Positions 51,201-57,955 of a DNA stretch of 64,000 nt are shown one piece after another. Position 1 is the stretch's first letter, and each line of letters starts with the position of its first letter. Made by a program: the position numbers and the translations under genes. The notes below the pieces were generated by a model. It did no database searches, had not been told where the DNA came from, and saw only the letters and a program-made list of their open reading frames with translations. The DNA comes from an uncultured bacterium (GTDB lineage Bacteria; Omnitrophota; Omnitrophia; Omnitrophales; Aquincolibacteriaceae). The stretch spans positions 4,115-68,114 of the forward strand of contig CAZLTL010000003.1 of the NCBI GenBank assembly GCA_964562525.1, in the 5' to 3' direction.

Positions 51201-54200
51201 GCATCTGAATCGCAGGGTCGATTTCTATTTCTTGCAAAAATCGCTGCCCTGTTAACGGCGACTCGCTATTGCTAAAGTGTTTTACGGCCTTAATCTGATC
51301 GCGGAAATGAAGCCAAGAACCATCTTTCAAGGAACCAAGCCATTCTTGCTGCATCGATTCATAAACATCCGCTGGAATTTCTCTTGCTTCAGAGCGGCGG
51401 CGGTTCGGCTTAGATTTTCCGGGCGGCTTTAACCCAAATGCGCGCCGCGCATCCATCCCGGTCAATTGCTTTCCTAGGGCGGGTTTATTTTTAAAATTAA
51501 AATCGTCCAGAACATGCTCTTTTAAACTTTGGAAAAAGCCCTTCTCCTCAAAGAATACACTCTTAGCTATACGAAAAAATAAGTACGCGACCCAAAAAAT
51601 AAATCCGCCACCCACAATCGAGGCAAGAGTGACTAAAAGATAAAAAAGACTTCGATCGCGGGGTTTCACCTCAAGAAACTTCCCATCAGACTGAATCTCA
51701 GCAGCCAATAATTTGGGTCCGGGCAATATTCCATCCCCTTCCTCAACATCGAAGTAAATCTTCCCGTCTGATTCAAACCGAGCGTTGATGGTCAAACCTG
51801 AAAACTCACTACCGGAAAAAACCTTGAGTTGATTCCGCTTAAACCCACGCTGAGTAAGCAAATCAGAAAAAACCTCGGGCAAGCTAATCGGAGATATCCC
51901 ATTCGCATAAATATAAAAAACTCCGTTGCCAGGAGTAATTCCATTTTCTTTAAGAATCCTCGCAAGATTGTCCGCATAAGTTTCCATTTCAGAATCCGAC
52001 AAAAGCTCGTCTGTTTCCATATTGCTCGGATAAACATGCGCTAAAACAGCTGGCATACTTTTCTGATCGGAGTGCGCCATCACAACGCAACATTGGTTAC
52101 CTTGAATAACATTAGTAAAAAACGAGCCGTCCTTAACAATAGTCACTTCATTCTCCGTGACCATTCGCGGGCTAGGATCGTCATTGCGCAGCTCGCCGGT
52201 TGAAAGCCGATATGTTTGGACGCCCGATTCAGCGCGCAACTCAGAAATGCTAACCATTCCCCAAACCGAGGCAATCGCTAAAGATTTGACGACCTTGGGT
52301 AGGATTTGAGCAAAAGCAAATCGAGCCATATCTCTCACTTCTGAACGGCTCTTCGAATCTGCTCTAGCTTTACCTTTAGGTTTCGAGACTGTCCTTCGAG
52401 CTTCTTTCTTTAAATCCTTTTCCGTCTGCTGAGTCAATAAACCAAAATGATAATTCTGACTACCTATGTTCTTCAGCACCCAATCACGAGCAGACCTATA
52501 AAAAGCAGTCCACAACGACTTATAAAAATCATGCCGCTGTTCTTTTGATACTTTTTCCGCGGCATTTTCTGCCTCTTCATTTATTTTCCACAAAAAACTC
52601 CGGGCCAAGCGATAACCTGCTTTTACAGGGTCTCTTATCGCTTGAATTGCCGAAGGACTCATTTCAAAGTAAAGTTTTGCCTTCAGCGGCTCAAAACGGA
52701 TATATGCCCAATAAGGTAAGCCACTCAATAATGCATAGAGCACTGCTAGTACATCAGCAAACCATTCGTGCGCAGCCTTACGTTCAACTGTTCCCGAGTC
52801 AAAACCCCATTGATCTAGCATTTGGTGCCCGAGCTCGTGAACAGCACTCATAATTGCCTGGGATGGCGAGACGGAACGTAAAAATCGACTGCCAAACTCA
52901 TTATGTGAATTGGCATTGTCCCAACCCCATCGAAGGCTTCCACGCATAATTCCGCTGACAACTTGTCGTTGTAAATCTGAGTGAGGCAACCAAAGCAATC
53001 CCTTGCTGCGTAGATCTAAATAAACCGCTGTAATAAAAACTTTCAACTCCTCATCACCCAATGGACTCCGCAAAATACGGCGCACCTCGGGTGCGGAAAC
53101 ACCATCTTCGGGATACTCATCCTTCACAAATTCCTTTAAAAATTCCGCAGAAGGTTTCTCTAATAGAGTTGACGTCTTCACATATCCGCCGTGCTTTTGC
53201 AACAAGCCAAAAGCATAAAGTCTTAAATGAGTGATTACCGAGGAGTCTTCTGCTATTTTTTTTAAGAAGGTAATTTCGTTTTTAAAATGCCGCAAAAGCA
53301 CATATCCCGCAGCATGTTCATAACCATGCAAACTTTTTAAATACGCTTGAGCGGATTCATTGGGCAACCGGCTCTCAATTAACTGGGCTAACTTTGTGAC
53401 TTTTTCAGATGGAACAAAGTCCCTTAAGAGATGCCCAAGTATCAAACGCAACCGACGATGCGCGTTGATCTGAACTTCACTTTTCCTCTGCTGAAATAAA
53501 CGGATTTCATGTTCAATTAGGCTGGAAAGAAATGAACGCGAAAGCCCTTGAACTTCGTCTCCCACACTTCCATCTTGAGCTAGGCCCGCAATCACGGAAA
53601 CAGCATTTCGATAAGGCAACTGTATCATTATTTCTTTCATCAACTTTGCGACAAAGTCATGATCAAAGCTCTTATCTTCAGACTGACGAATGCTATCCAA
53701 ATAACCCTGAGCTTTTGGTAGTTTAAAAAACTTATCATTGGCAAGCCCTTGCAAATTCGGCCACTCATCAGAATTAACCCTTACTGCTTCGTTCAGAAGC
53801 TCAAATGCGGCACTCCGCTCAGCAATGTCATACGTTTTACCGTATCGCAATGCATTAACAGCTTTTTTGATCGAATCAGCCGCATAATCCTGAAATTCTC
53901 TAACGTTGCTTTCTCCGTTTTGATTCAGAATTTCAAACACACCAGGGCTTTGAATCATCCACCGCACCATGTGAAAACGCAGGTTAGCGTTCAATAATCT
54001 TTCGGCGAATACTGAAGCGGTTGTTGTATCGCCAAGAAGAATCAATCGGGCATACTTGGTAAAATCATCCGGCTCTACTTTCTCCATAAGAAGAAGCAAA
54101 TCAACAACAGCGCGAATATCCTCATCATTAGCATTTCCGAAACTTTTGCCTGTTTCAATAAATTGAATGAGTCCACGCAACATCTCGCGTCTTACCGATC

Positions 54201-57200
54201 CCGCATAATTCTCTGGGTCCTTCAAAATCATCCTTACAACACCAGAGAAGTCTCCATACGCAGTAAACAGCATCGAATCCCCACGCCCCGCCTGTCTAGC
54301 TTCCGAACGGCCTAATCGCGAATTATCAAAAACAAAGTCATAATTTATATCCGGCCCATAAAACAAATACTCATTTGCATATTCAGCCCACTCACGGATT
54401 TGTTTCTGAATCACATCCGGGCGCATTCTTGCCAACTCGGAGTTAGGATTTGATTCAATTCGTTGACGAACCCGTTTCTCTAAACCGGACTGAACAGTCG
54501 ATTGGTCTGTGGCCACATGAACTTTAATGTCAAACCAATCATCACGACGATCCAATCCATTATTTCGTGACCCAAAAAGATAATATCCCTCCACAATAAC
54601 AGCCTGAGCGTTCGGATGAGATCTCAAAGCTTCATCAATAGCAACCCTAAGCATTTGCGGATTGGCGCCTTTCTTTGACGGCAGCAGATAATCATCCATA
54701 TGAATCACAACATATTCATTATTCCCCTCGAACTGTTTTGAAAATGTTGTTTTTCCCGAACCTTTGGTTCCGTCAATGCCAACCAATATCGGAGTTTCAT
54801 TTTCCAAACGCCTTTCACGAACAGCCGCTTCCAAAAGTTTACGAGCCTCCCGCATTGAATGAATCTGAATATCCTCACCTAAGTAGTCTTGAACAATCTG
54901 CTTTGCAGTACGAGTCTCAGAACGCTGAAATAAGGTATGCGACCGTGGTCGATCGGCGCTTCCCCAACGATAAAGAATTTCCCGCAAAATAAGCCGATTA
55001 CGGTCTTGGCGCAAAACTTGAAAGTGATGGTTTAATCTCAAAATACGGTGATCAGATACTCTGCGTGAAGGTGTAATAAATTTCTCTAGCGCAGCCTCGG
55101 CTGTGTCGAACTCGAAAACGTGATGATCCCGCGCTGTAGCGAAAAGCTCCCAAAGACTCATTCTGGAAAGCTCTTCTGACAAACTCCGCTTTTGATCCGC
55201 AGAAAGGCTATTTGGAACAGGGCGGCCTCTCTCATCAATATCATCGGAAAAAATCCACATCTGCGGTGAGCCAAATGTTGCAAGCTCCGCCAAAACTTCA
55301 TCGCGCATATTCGCACCTTGATTCTTATTTAATTCATCAAGACGAAAATCATCAAACGTCGCATAGCCCAGTTGCTGATAGACATCCGCCCTGGTGAGAT
55401 TTTCACCAGGCTCTGCCTGCGCATCTAATCCGCGCAACCAATCTCCGTGGTTCGCCTTAATCTTTTCTGCTTCTTTTTCATTGACCACTTCGATCACGCT
55501 CATCAAAGCCATTGACTGCGCCGCTTGGCGCACAACATAAGCACCCTTTTCATCGGAATAGGCTCTTGCTATTCCAGTAAAAGCCAGCCGTACAGCGTTC
55601 ATTTTCTGATTGATAATTTTGCTGAGTAACTCCGGATTCGATAGCGCGTCATCCCATTTTGTAATACCTCCATCGCGCAAAGCGCTCCAAAAGTCATACA
55701 GAGCTGAACGGTTCAAAGTCCGCGATTTATTCAATGCATCCATACGGAGCGCGAGCATTTGAAAATCAGAATTTTGGGAATCTGCTTTATGCTTTTCCAA
55801 TTCCGAAATCCATTTTGAGTAATCTTCGCGCGCTGATTCCGAAACATTTTCGACACGCGGTTGTGGCGGTAGAGTTAACGCGGCCGACATCAAAACAGAC
55901 GCCTCGGGCGCAAACGCATTTACAAGGACCGCCTCCGCAGCAGTCATGGATTTAAGCAATTGAGTGACACTAGAATGATTGAGTTTTCCGGAAGAATTAA
56001 GCGAACGCAAACCACTTACAAATTGGTCAACTCGGCGAGACAAACGTTCAGCGACTCCTTCCCGGGGACTCCGGTTTCGGCGTCCGTCACGGCTTTGAGC
56101 TTCATCAATAAACTTTGTATATTTCCAAGCGTCCTGGGCGCGTCCTTGATCCGCGAGGTCTCGAATAATTTCATCGCGCCAAACTTTTGCGGCGTCAATG
56201 TCTTGAGACAAAAGCTGGTCGCGGACTGAGCGAGCAAATGCGTCATAAGGGCGAACACGGTTGCCTTCAAATTTAAAATAGGACTTCCACGACACATCAC
56301 CTGCCATGTGCTTGCGATAAGAATTCACTTCCGGTAAACGTTCAATCTTGGGCGTTACGACGGCATACGAAAGTCCTTCTTTTTTAAAGCGTTCCGCCAT
56401 TCCCTGAGTATGAAAACCGCCGGCAACTAAAATGACCGGGCGAGTATCACTCGTGGAATTGGGCAGCATCTTGCGGATATTCCGCATAAACGCTTTTTCA
56501 CGCTCGACCGAGTTTTCATAGAAACTTAAATTGGCTTCCAATAAATTCCAATCTATCAGACGAAGCTCTCCCGCTTCCCCCTCGGAAGAACCCCGTCTGA
56601 TAGATTGAATTTGATTCCATTCGTCATGCGACAATTCCAAACGTGCAAGTTTTTCAACTAAACGGATTTTTTGGCTTTGCTTTTCTGTTACGCGAATAGC
56701 TTCTTTGCGGGGCAAATCTGTTTCACGCTCTACAAGCTCCTGCTTAATTTCGGCCGCGTAAACCTCGAACTCCTTCAAAAGCTTGGTCCCGCGCATGGAC
56801 TCTAAACGCATTTGCATTGCGGATAACTCGCGCAGCGGACGAGAAAACTGGACAGCTAATCCGAGCCCCCCCGCTAATTTTTTAATCTGAACCGCAAACT
56901 CCTGAGCATTCATTGCTCCGGTCTGGTAGGCTTGCAAGCATCGGTTCAATTCCATCAGCTCTTTTTTTCGGCCTGCCGGATTTTTATCTAACCCGGCCCG
57001 GACAACTTCAACGGCCGCCTTCAGCTCCGAATCCTGACCTTGGACATGTTCTCCTTGCTGCTCAACGCGCATGAGCAATTCAACCAAAGAACCCGCTGCC
57101 GGCTTTTTAACCGAGGCCAACACTTTGATCGTTTCGAGAATTTGCGTTTGATTCTCCTCAAAAGCTTCCCAAGCGCGATCCGCATTTAAAAGATCCGGTG

Positions 57201-57807
57201 AATAGTTTTTTTGTTTCGCAAGATTCAAATCTGCCTTAAGCCCTTTGACGCGCGCTAAAACGACACTCTCACTTTCTAACGCGCGGAGATAATCCAATAC
57301 AGCCTGTTCATAAAGCGGCCAATCTTCAACTCCTTGAAAACGAACATCGGTTCCTGCAAAAACGGAGGCTGCGGCCGCGCCGCTCAATTCCGCCCGCTCG
57401 TAATAATCATTAAAGATTTTTTTCAATAATTTTTGATTCGGAAAGCTACGGAAAAATTGAGGGTCCAACTCCGATGACGCACCTTCCAGCGCGACATTTT
57501 TGACTCCATACTTTTTTTCAAAATGGCGAATCAGGGCGTGAATATTTTTCTGCGCATCCGGAATCGCGTGCGCATCCTGAATTAAAATAACTGCTGGCTT
57601 GTTGTCCGCGCCTTCGGTCTTTTCACTAATCTCGCCAAACTTCTCAGGTACTTGCAGTTGGTTTAAATTGAATGGGAGAGAAGTCTTCGATACAGCTTGG
57701 GGCTGAGCTGCGTACAAAACACCGCCATCTCCAATACTTGATAAAAGCATGAAGAGCGACAGAGCCCAAGCCGTCATTTTGACTAGAAAAAATTGTTTCA
57801 TTCTCAT
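39271..57807 (-). CDS. Giant multidomain secreted/membrane protein 2 (6178 aa). Order: signal peptide, TraB/GumN-like N-domain, P-loop kinase, HExxH segment, TM, MidA-like MTase, protein-kinase-like segment, GlnD/GlnE-type NTase, ACT x2, HD, ACT x2, CheR-like MTase. Recurrent RSExR motif throughout
   Basis: Uninterrupted 18.5 kb ORF. MRMKQFFLVKMTAWALSLFMLLSSIGDGGVLYAAQP signal peptide. Motifs verified on the minus strand at several points (see domain features). Confidence 0.85.
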   Translation of the reverse strand: MRMKQFFLVKMTAWALSLFMLLSSIGDGGVLYAAQPQAVSKTSLPFNLNQLQVPEKFGEISEKTEGADNKPAVILIQDAHAIPDAQKNIHALIRHFEKKYGVKNVALEGASSELDPQFFRSFPNQKLLKKIFNDYYERAELSGAAAASVFAGTDVRFQGVEDWPLYEQAVLDYLRALESESVVLARVKGLKADLNLAKQKNYSPDLLNADRAWEAFEENQTQILETIKVLASVKKPAAGSLVELLMRVEQQGEHVQGQDSELKAAVEVVRAGLDKNPAGRKKELMELNRCLQAYQTGAMNAQEFAVQIKKLAGGLGLAVQFSRPLRELSAMQMRLESMRGTKLLKEFEVYAAEIKQELVERETDLPRKEAIRVTEKQSQKIRLVEKLARLELSHDEWNQIQSIRRGSSEGEAGELRLIDWNLLEANLSFYENSVEREKAFMRNIRKMLPNSTSDTRPVILVAGGFHTQGMAERFKKEGLSYAVVTPKIERLPEVNSYRKHMAGDVSWKSYFKFEGNRVRPYDAFARSVRDQLLSQDIDAAKVWRDEIIRDLADQGRAQDAWKYTKFIDEAQSRDGRRNRSPREGVAERLSRRVDQFVSGLRSLNSSGKLNHSSVTQLLKSMTAAEAVLVNAFAPEASVLMSAALTLPPQPRVENVSESAREDYSKWISELEKHKADSQNSDFQMLALRMDALNKSRTLNRSALYDFWSALRDGGITKWDDALSNPELLSKIINQKMNAVRLAFTGIARAYSDEKGAYVVRQAAQSMALMSVIEVVNEKEAEKIKANHGDWLRGLDAQAEPGENLTRADVYQQLGYATFDDFRLDELNKNQGANMRDEVLAELATFGSPQMWIFSDDIDERGRPVPNSLSADQKRSLSEELSRMSLWELFATARDHHVFEFDTAEAALEKFITPSRRVSDHRILRLNHHFQVLRQDRNRLILREILYRWGSADRPRSHTLFQRSETRTAKQIVQDYLGEDIQIHSMREARKLLEAAVRERRLENETPILVGIDGTKGSGKTTFSKQFEGNNEYVVIHMDDYLLPSKKGANPQMLRVAIDEALRSHPNAQAVIVEGYYLFGSRNNGLDRRDDWFDIKVHVATDQSTVQSGLEKRVRQRIESNPNSELARMRPDVIQKQIREWAEYANEYLFYGPDINYDFVFDNSRLGRSEARQAGRGDSMLFTAYGDFSGVVRMILKDPENYAGSVRREMLRGLIQFIETGKSFGNANDEDIRAVVDLLLLMEKVEPDDFTKYARLILLGDTTTASVFAERLLNANLRFHMVRWMIQSPGVFEILNQNGESNVREFQDYAADSIKKAVNALRYGKTYDIAERSAAFELLNEAVRVNSDEWPNLQGLANDKFFKLPKAQGYLDSIRQSEDKSFDHDFVAKLMKEIMIQLPYRNAVSVIAGLAQDGSVGDEVQGLSRSFLSSLIEHEIRLFQQRKSEVQINAHRRLRLILGHLLRDFVPSEKVTKLAQLIESRLPNESAQAYLKSLHGYEHAAGYVLLRHFKNEITFLKKIAEDSSVITHLRLYAFGLLQKHGGYVKTSTLLEKPSAEFLKEFVKDEYPEDGVSAPEVRRILRSPLGDEELKVFITAVYLDLRSKGLLWLPHSDLQRQVVSGIMRGSLRWGWDNANSHNEFGSRFLRSVSPSQAIMSAVHELGHQMLDQWGFDSGTVERKAAHEWFADVLAVLYALLSGLPYWAYIRFEPLKAKLYFEMSPSAIQAIRDPVKAGYRLARSFLWKINEEAENAAEKVSKEQRHDFYKSLWTAFYRSARDWVLKNIGSQNYHFGLLTQQTEKDLKKEARRTVSKPKGKARADSKSRSEVRDMARFAFAQILPKVVKSLAIASVWGMVSISELRAESGVQTYRLSTGELRNDDPSPRMVTENEVTIVKDGSFFTNVIQGNQCCVVMAHSDQKSMPAVLAHVYPSNMETDELLSDSEMETYADNLARILKENGITPGNGVFYIYANGISPISLPEVFSDLLTQRGFKRNQLKVFSGSEFSGLTINARFESDGKIYFDVEEGDGILPGPKLLAAEIQSDGKFLEVKPRDRSLFYLLVTLASIVGGGFIFWVAYLFFRIAKSVFFEEKGFFQSLKEHVLDDFNFKNKPALGKQLTGMDARRAFGLKPPGKSKPNRRRSEAREIPADVYESMQQEWLGSLKDGSWLHFRDQIKAVKHFSNSESPLTGQRFLQEIEIDPAIQMLGKDDAVYLTLTNYSEGQDSLVAHQLQRTILVLKKSALQNLVDAKTGEFRSLSLYGDRTDSDPSILARFSWGDIWTKRGGRVLREPKLSWTSDLTTGYQSGKTALAYMNFLEDKYAPLNTIYEVTISNRGVEAYLHKQFPQTKEYFLNQKSQGLWIDLFGEKEINRLVDRKSESEIPTHRYVFRMGRSEMRLVEDSQAEIEVAIDQAGGLIPYVQFQELALYGKYGYYSAGAVQFEQIGGTDDVGVQFHTNAHIPAIGRALADQFLNTWKAMGEPDHFDIVELSGGDGSMAHNVLETILMAEEKYPERFWNSLHYRIVELNEVLIKRQQKTLASLKRVLRDRLSWQNASALHTGLGEKSVNGVIYSNELPDAFAVHRVVVRGGKLKEIYVAYNESGFYEKEGDLSLAAKDEIEAYFKLVGGLPPEGKEFAVNLAMNQLMAEISRTLNQGIVLTMDYGFEKTSHRFESDTVNSVWTFGDRDGEPPLKLGVDTTHNIDFQTLQKMGKIFGLNDSEVVFLPHYLGRFGYVGSTANPQEYVLAQARGLDVSVFQKKRSEMRELERNNDFSDRPGRPIQSDLFVDKEVYDLISPEDREVVEGVLSFGEHAENMKRFGDRGVRAIGTSGNTNMTRSVIIPLAKPVVFKGVVYNAAIAKGIRLDSYDDESVRQLPLKAAGQPLEKVDVLDGRIVYGPEGAQALGGLPWTQANEETAAAQFLHFDPNGFHYSSAYPLAKGKISNKYLQTENVRVDLGYELQLVQAQLVVNQFGAIQHDEIRAHRQLIDQVYDFEKFLISGKQGNVAAAVTEVRKVIQKSAEMLREMQKIGKHGSFNLTNIAVWNDQIFAIRDLTHFKRWKNIKTFEDRFAYAFLDFKTLVLGYRDAFASAARRVQQMGISEEDEIEILKLHGKLFFEAFIDGYFSPELRQDARAVFEPYLLKGDFEGLSRKLQQISDLSTESRLAELDDSVIQLLYRELERDLKIVNRSELRFDHQRQDFMDWAKDFKKQYLGEITAILAKPDLEISPEQKSKELSILSDKKIGIIFDLASTFVEGLAGHEADWPVALVATGTYARNELARGSDRDGLMLYPRGADEESYKPLLDYFYYAMLNGLNFSAGWPQIASDDIETRNLTAEEMTEMIDARPVAGSETVVKEFNQKYHRYLQSDFKNPTKDPELEDIKTNVQFLIRHLIKFWQENRVKRGFYDGIFEREPNLKWGAGGFRDMDFSRWILQVMDHRSEEEKALHPKMIAEEEMREAEEAYRYLRTVRWMLHEERVKQKKPLTEKTADILSFEFQQAIAGQLYPEIADPQARLEKMVSRLQSSSQALYLFASNIFRRALHQTSSLNYTPLGDDGKPKWVKGLEADGIELVKRTGKTVFLDTGLKHVVDQVTLTIHPDHVLKSENILNLLQYAVEHKLAMTGELLDEMTRRLPDFSEWVKANPESARTQFLKLRETPQALGYLIFRMHALGLLEDLIPAFGEISSKATLDIKHRETLDIYAIKSLGVMDQILGLKFWEDKPHALVEKVQSEAEFVKNKPELLRSIRDALLVQPLADFMPEQVQILIKQLGYGEESQKSNLVWLIENRDALINFIRRGGMNDPQMFKELRDQKLEGNYERWVLLLLLTVTRMDFFNLGRKKIFSEVLQPLMGLTESQFKNDKELRVRFSQTQHEIQQLAEEGMPEADGKQHKTSVDLALRFIEGSDQFLQVDVVLDPYWNRPGTLLRIAAAFVKHNLSVQNMQIGLVRNGATGDRFIVKLRNPVDGEEMAQVEEKLQTVLREDIKSLIVDPAGKSYQAYLKNRSKIYQPAKPNSGTIPLEVTAENGKKSTFIHLKMEDGPQILFDVARLFERYGLNIMDKSTLDTEGVAEDYKGLRVVDTFEVQKNEGPLDEETIKALIEDMNFLFSSSDRDAAFQNLPSRRSAIHSKIYAEIDELFRVWQSERQYQVYNVKEMEFYFPFARRFFNGRYKSLRNYLDAFYRVTAPWIEELGYADRYDYFRRQVSSLEVGLASSNPYLKDAVRLEDLPPIMTESGVDVIRKDSLPYWADFSRDLNQFIGAMLDHVAQDLGQNFTSRPLFRSEFRILEIPARGHNGEARTINRLVSIQEPGKKVQVTDFISALKQYLQEKQKNQNHAVQFEIGDSFALALRDAIASASAEDSVSENQARRISAQRIFDAFGIDAAVDDAVWALFNAGFWDWLLPDWKILKRQNDGDISPHQYYTARHLVQVLMNSERFAFADAEEEIYAPENVGQYEREFLLEYQKAYRSVAGKGASQLASFRLGELFHDIGKAKEVPTAYAPSHMVLGAQMLPPLFKELQLDTAEIPSWIAMYHQYLNSVLADVLAGRKTFEQMLLELADLPQMDLDYLNMLFMVSMADYLGVFRIPGPPGDVRGLLSEMGLYGKSLQSIYSSNQGAGFLEQNHAVMKLVQIRREMESYLSSPAEAQAKIRQKWEAQIQVDQQKFRDDLAQQGIHPDVLSEFPAWYLMRLHFDSQKRDVSNVVKLDRFYRKLIHPEIQIGIFTIKNHLVVKAMAAFQRVMNQILSKIRSLFLSQMEWLEDIHWNSIMPMHLDTDLYSIHDNRYMNVWVGLPEDRPGLLAAMTAALAARRLNVQQVFVKTINGKVFNHFLVSYKSENFEGELIRSGDLQDQVKSFLREDIQTLMRGDPALFQERLNRYYDDQGIQSFGRQAQEGDQPRIEVEFKNLDGQDGLTYEMKVQSDRDQPWFLHRLTRMIAAMRGNIMSNAQILTRDRGEIDNRIVVSFPVPLSGVQIGSLIALMQSGLSSGITVDDFSSVTQEISKQVAVLRSEVRFPDPVIEPSTVGTTRQLSLLVRHLAQWDRLRGDYKLVQNRADTYLGQIVRNAEEEALQSKGQPEIRVQILGASTGEEAARVYHEINRFLKRDGKNMKGDWKIKITAMEKSQALVESAKRRLAGLESWVASEATLEPEQRAYLDDMMSTLREQADDFRANTHFVAGDMTAFPGGEAGIPHLVLANASLYHLDRNAYQKMMDAIDVNWPQALFAFTDDIPAGSTKEGVLLDFDGVKKATQVRDALREKATKGKLTNHDAVYFEVEERKGRPLRYGIWIPRSNKDSKKVELNMQGKASESASDRSEMRMAEVFEEVVLVADKIIQHADLQEKFKDVSEQRALYKKLFEEILKKQDFFESMLNRFGKREIFENWKAMARSLSDDSFVITLDFDRAAIQVARMVNVMHGVDFFEKQIEKQAPQYVVSSAVVKIKIAVEEINRMKIDESLKNFMRAMYVFGQVSGQSVHDGKFNFEKSWPLLISALEGVLSEQDFSVIFGLQSLIAQRGQKLRLTSMHQLYENFISLSPLNAADRELLLEEMLRVHYFTERRYLLLPEGVQEHLWPLIDSAAKGDFKVEGLSNYRNLVKNRTMTRKLVDASLIVQKWIRENGFDTSRVGYDYGGADAITPLILFDAEVVHIRDILPLTPKQPDRDNPPDSLKEIFMASLATNGYINTELLAAVGSNLAAITWQLEALGAEQIQAPRKGDPARGENSDFDYIDFVWSSDGSAGNSKKRTIIYEQTKIDSDSVANSRNVYEGFSAYLRKAALRTNVPIQAIPFKSNVIVTLKDEGNIPGYKRVAFRDMQGFNFNEALVSKNQPNYADFREGWIYVKEPDVAVKGKLPKWRVGDSVKNIMNGKTYVIDRVDEEQERVHFEGDLPNSFTSFSRLNTGFELARSESREVSAERAIVSRSESRKVVEEVESAPRLLGVFQAEVLALSPQQADSQARQVVSDAERVGFDEYLAAVQKLRDEMVASWEGNQTKQIQNLELFFADVLLQNSKSEVEIALDAPELEIALQQAIQEFAFGDGVRFVLPKTMANLKVPATMVRRVNSLVSAVKKGAPVLLSIFSAGGEGASQKSESIVDLISDEDGFADFNDVQRQKADVLMRMLVAILLSGKVKSRDQMNNIPMLLADAGYFQNIVQALTFKDGRLAVSMNVLMRLAQEYAATKQIQAAA
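42000..42750 (-). other. CheR-like SAM-dependent methyltransferase domain inside giant protein 2 (approximate coordinates)
   Basis: EIRVQILGASTGEEAARVYHEI resembles the CheR RIWSAGCSTGEEPYSIA SAM-binding motif. Confidence 0.45.
44000..44650 (-). other. HD phosphohydrolase domain inside giant protein 2, followed by two more ACT-like domains (approximate coordinates)
   Basis: HQYYTARHLVQV ... LGELFHDIGKAKEV ... HMVLGAQML ... MYHQYL ... MVSMADYLGV. Then GLPEDRPGLLAAMTAALAARRLNVQQVFV and RLTRMIAAMRGNIMSNAQILTRDRGEIDNRIVVSF. Confidence 0.6.
45550..46085 (-). other. Tandem ACT domains (GlnD C-terminal-like) inside giant protein 2 (approximate coordinates)
   Basis: VVLDPYWNRPGTLLRIAAAFVKHNLSVQNMQIGLVRNGATGDRFIV and ILFDVARLFERYGLNIMDKSTLDTEGVAEDYKGLRVVDTFEV. 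Confidence 0.55.
47550..48060 (-). other. GlnD/GlnE-type nucleotidyltransferase domain inside giant protein 2 (approximate coordinates)
   Basis: VALVATGTYARNELARGSDRDGLML (GS/GGxxRxELxxxSDxDL NTase motif). PNLKWGAGGFRDMDF (GlnD PNxKxGxGGLRD motif) about 160 aa later. Confidence 0.6.
49700..50550 (-). other. MidA/NDUFAF7-family (DUF185) SAM-dependent methyltransferase-like domain inside giant protein 2 (approximate coordinates)
   Basis: LYGKYGYYSAGAVQFEQIGGTDDVGVQFHTNAHIPAIGRALADQF ... DIVELSGGDGSMAHNVLETI parallels the MidA LYHPxxGYY...GDFxTSPEIS...ELGPGRGTL blocks. Confidence 0.5.
54300..54800 (-). other. Uridine-kinase/PRK-family P-loop kinase-like domain inside giant protein 2 (approximate coordinates)
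   Basis: ETPILVGIDGTKGSGKTTFSKQF (Walker A of the Udk/CoaA type), VIHMDDY, VIVEG. Confidence 0.55.
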
Positions 57808-57899
57808 TGGAAAATCGTCTTTTTAAAGAATCATAGAAAAGTAACAGACAAGCTGTCGTCGTCAATTTTCATAAAAAAAATTTAACACTCACACTTAGC

Positions 57900-57955
57900 C
57901 TTTTCAATATATATAGCAAAATAATAGACCTTTTATATAGCAATAAATAGCATTA
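57900..57955. promoter_or_regulatory. AT-rich promoter region of giant gene 2 with two ~17-bp direct repeats (TATATAGCAAwAAwTAG)
   Basis: atatatagcaaaataatagacc ... ttatatagcaataaatagcat, inside the 182-bp gap between the tsaC stop and the giant gene 2 start. Confidence 0.3.

Noticed and set aside
54300-54400. RGD tripeptide (QAGRGDSM) in giant protein 2 as an integrin-binding adhesion motif
   Set aside because: Single occurrence next to an RSEAR motif. Expected by chance in a 6178-aa protein.
39681-56300. Opposite-strand and alternate-frame ORFs inside giant gene 2 (e.g. 42738..43037, 47509..47874, 54675..54992)
   Set aside because: Same reasoning: embedded in a continuous, motif-rich 18.5-kb frame.
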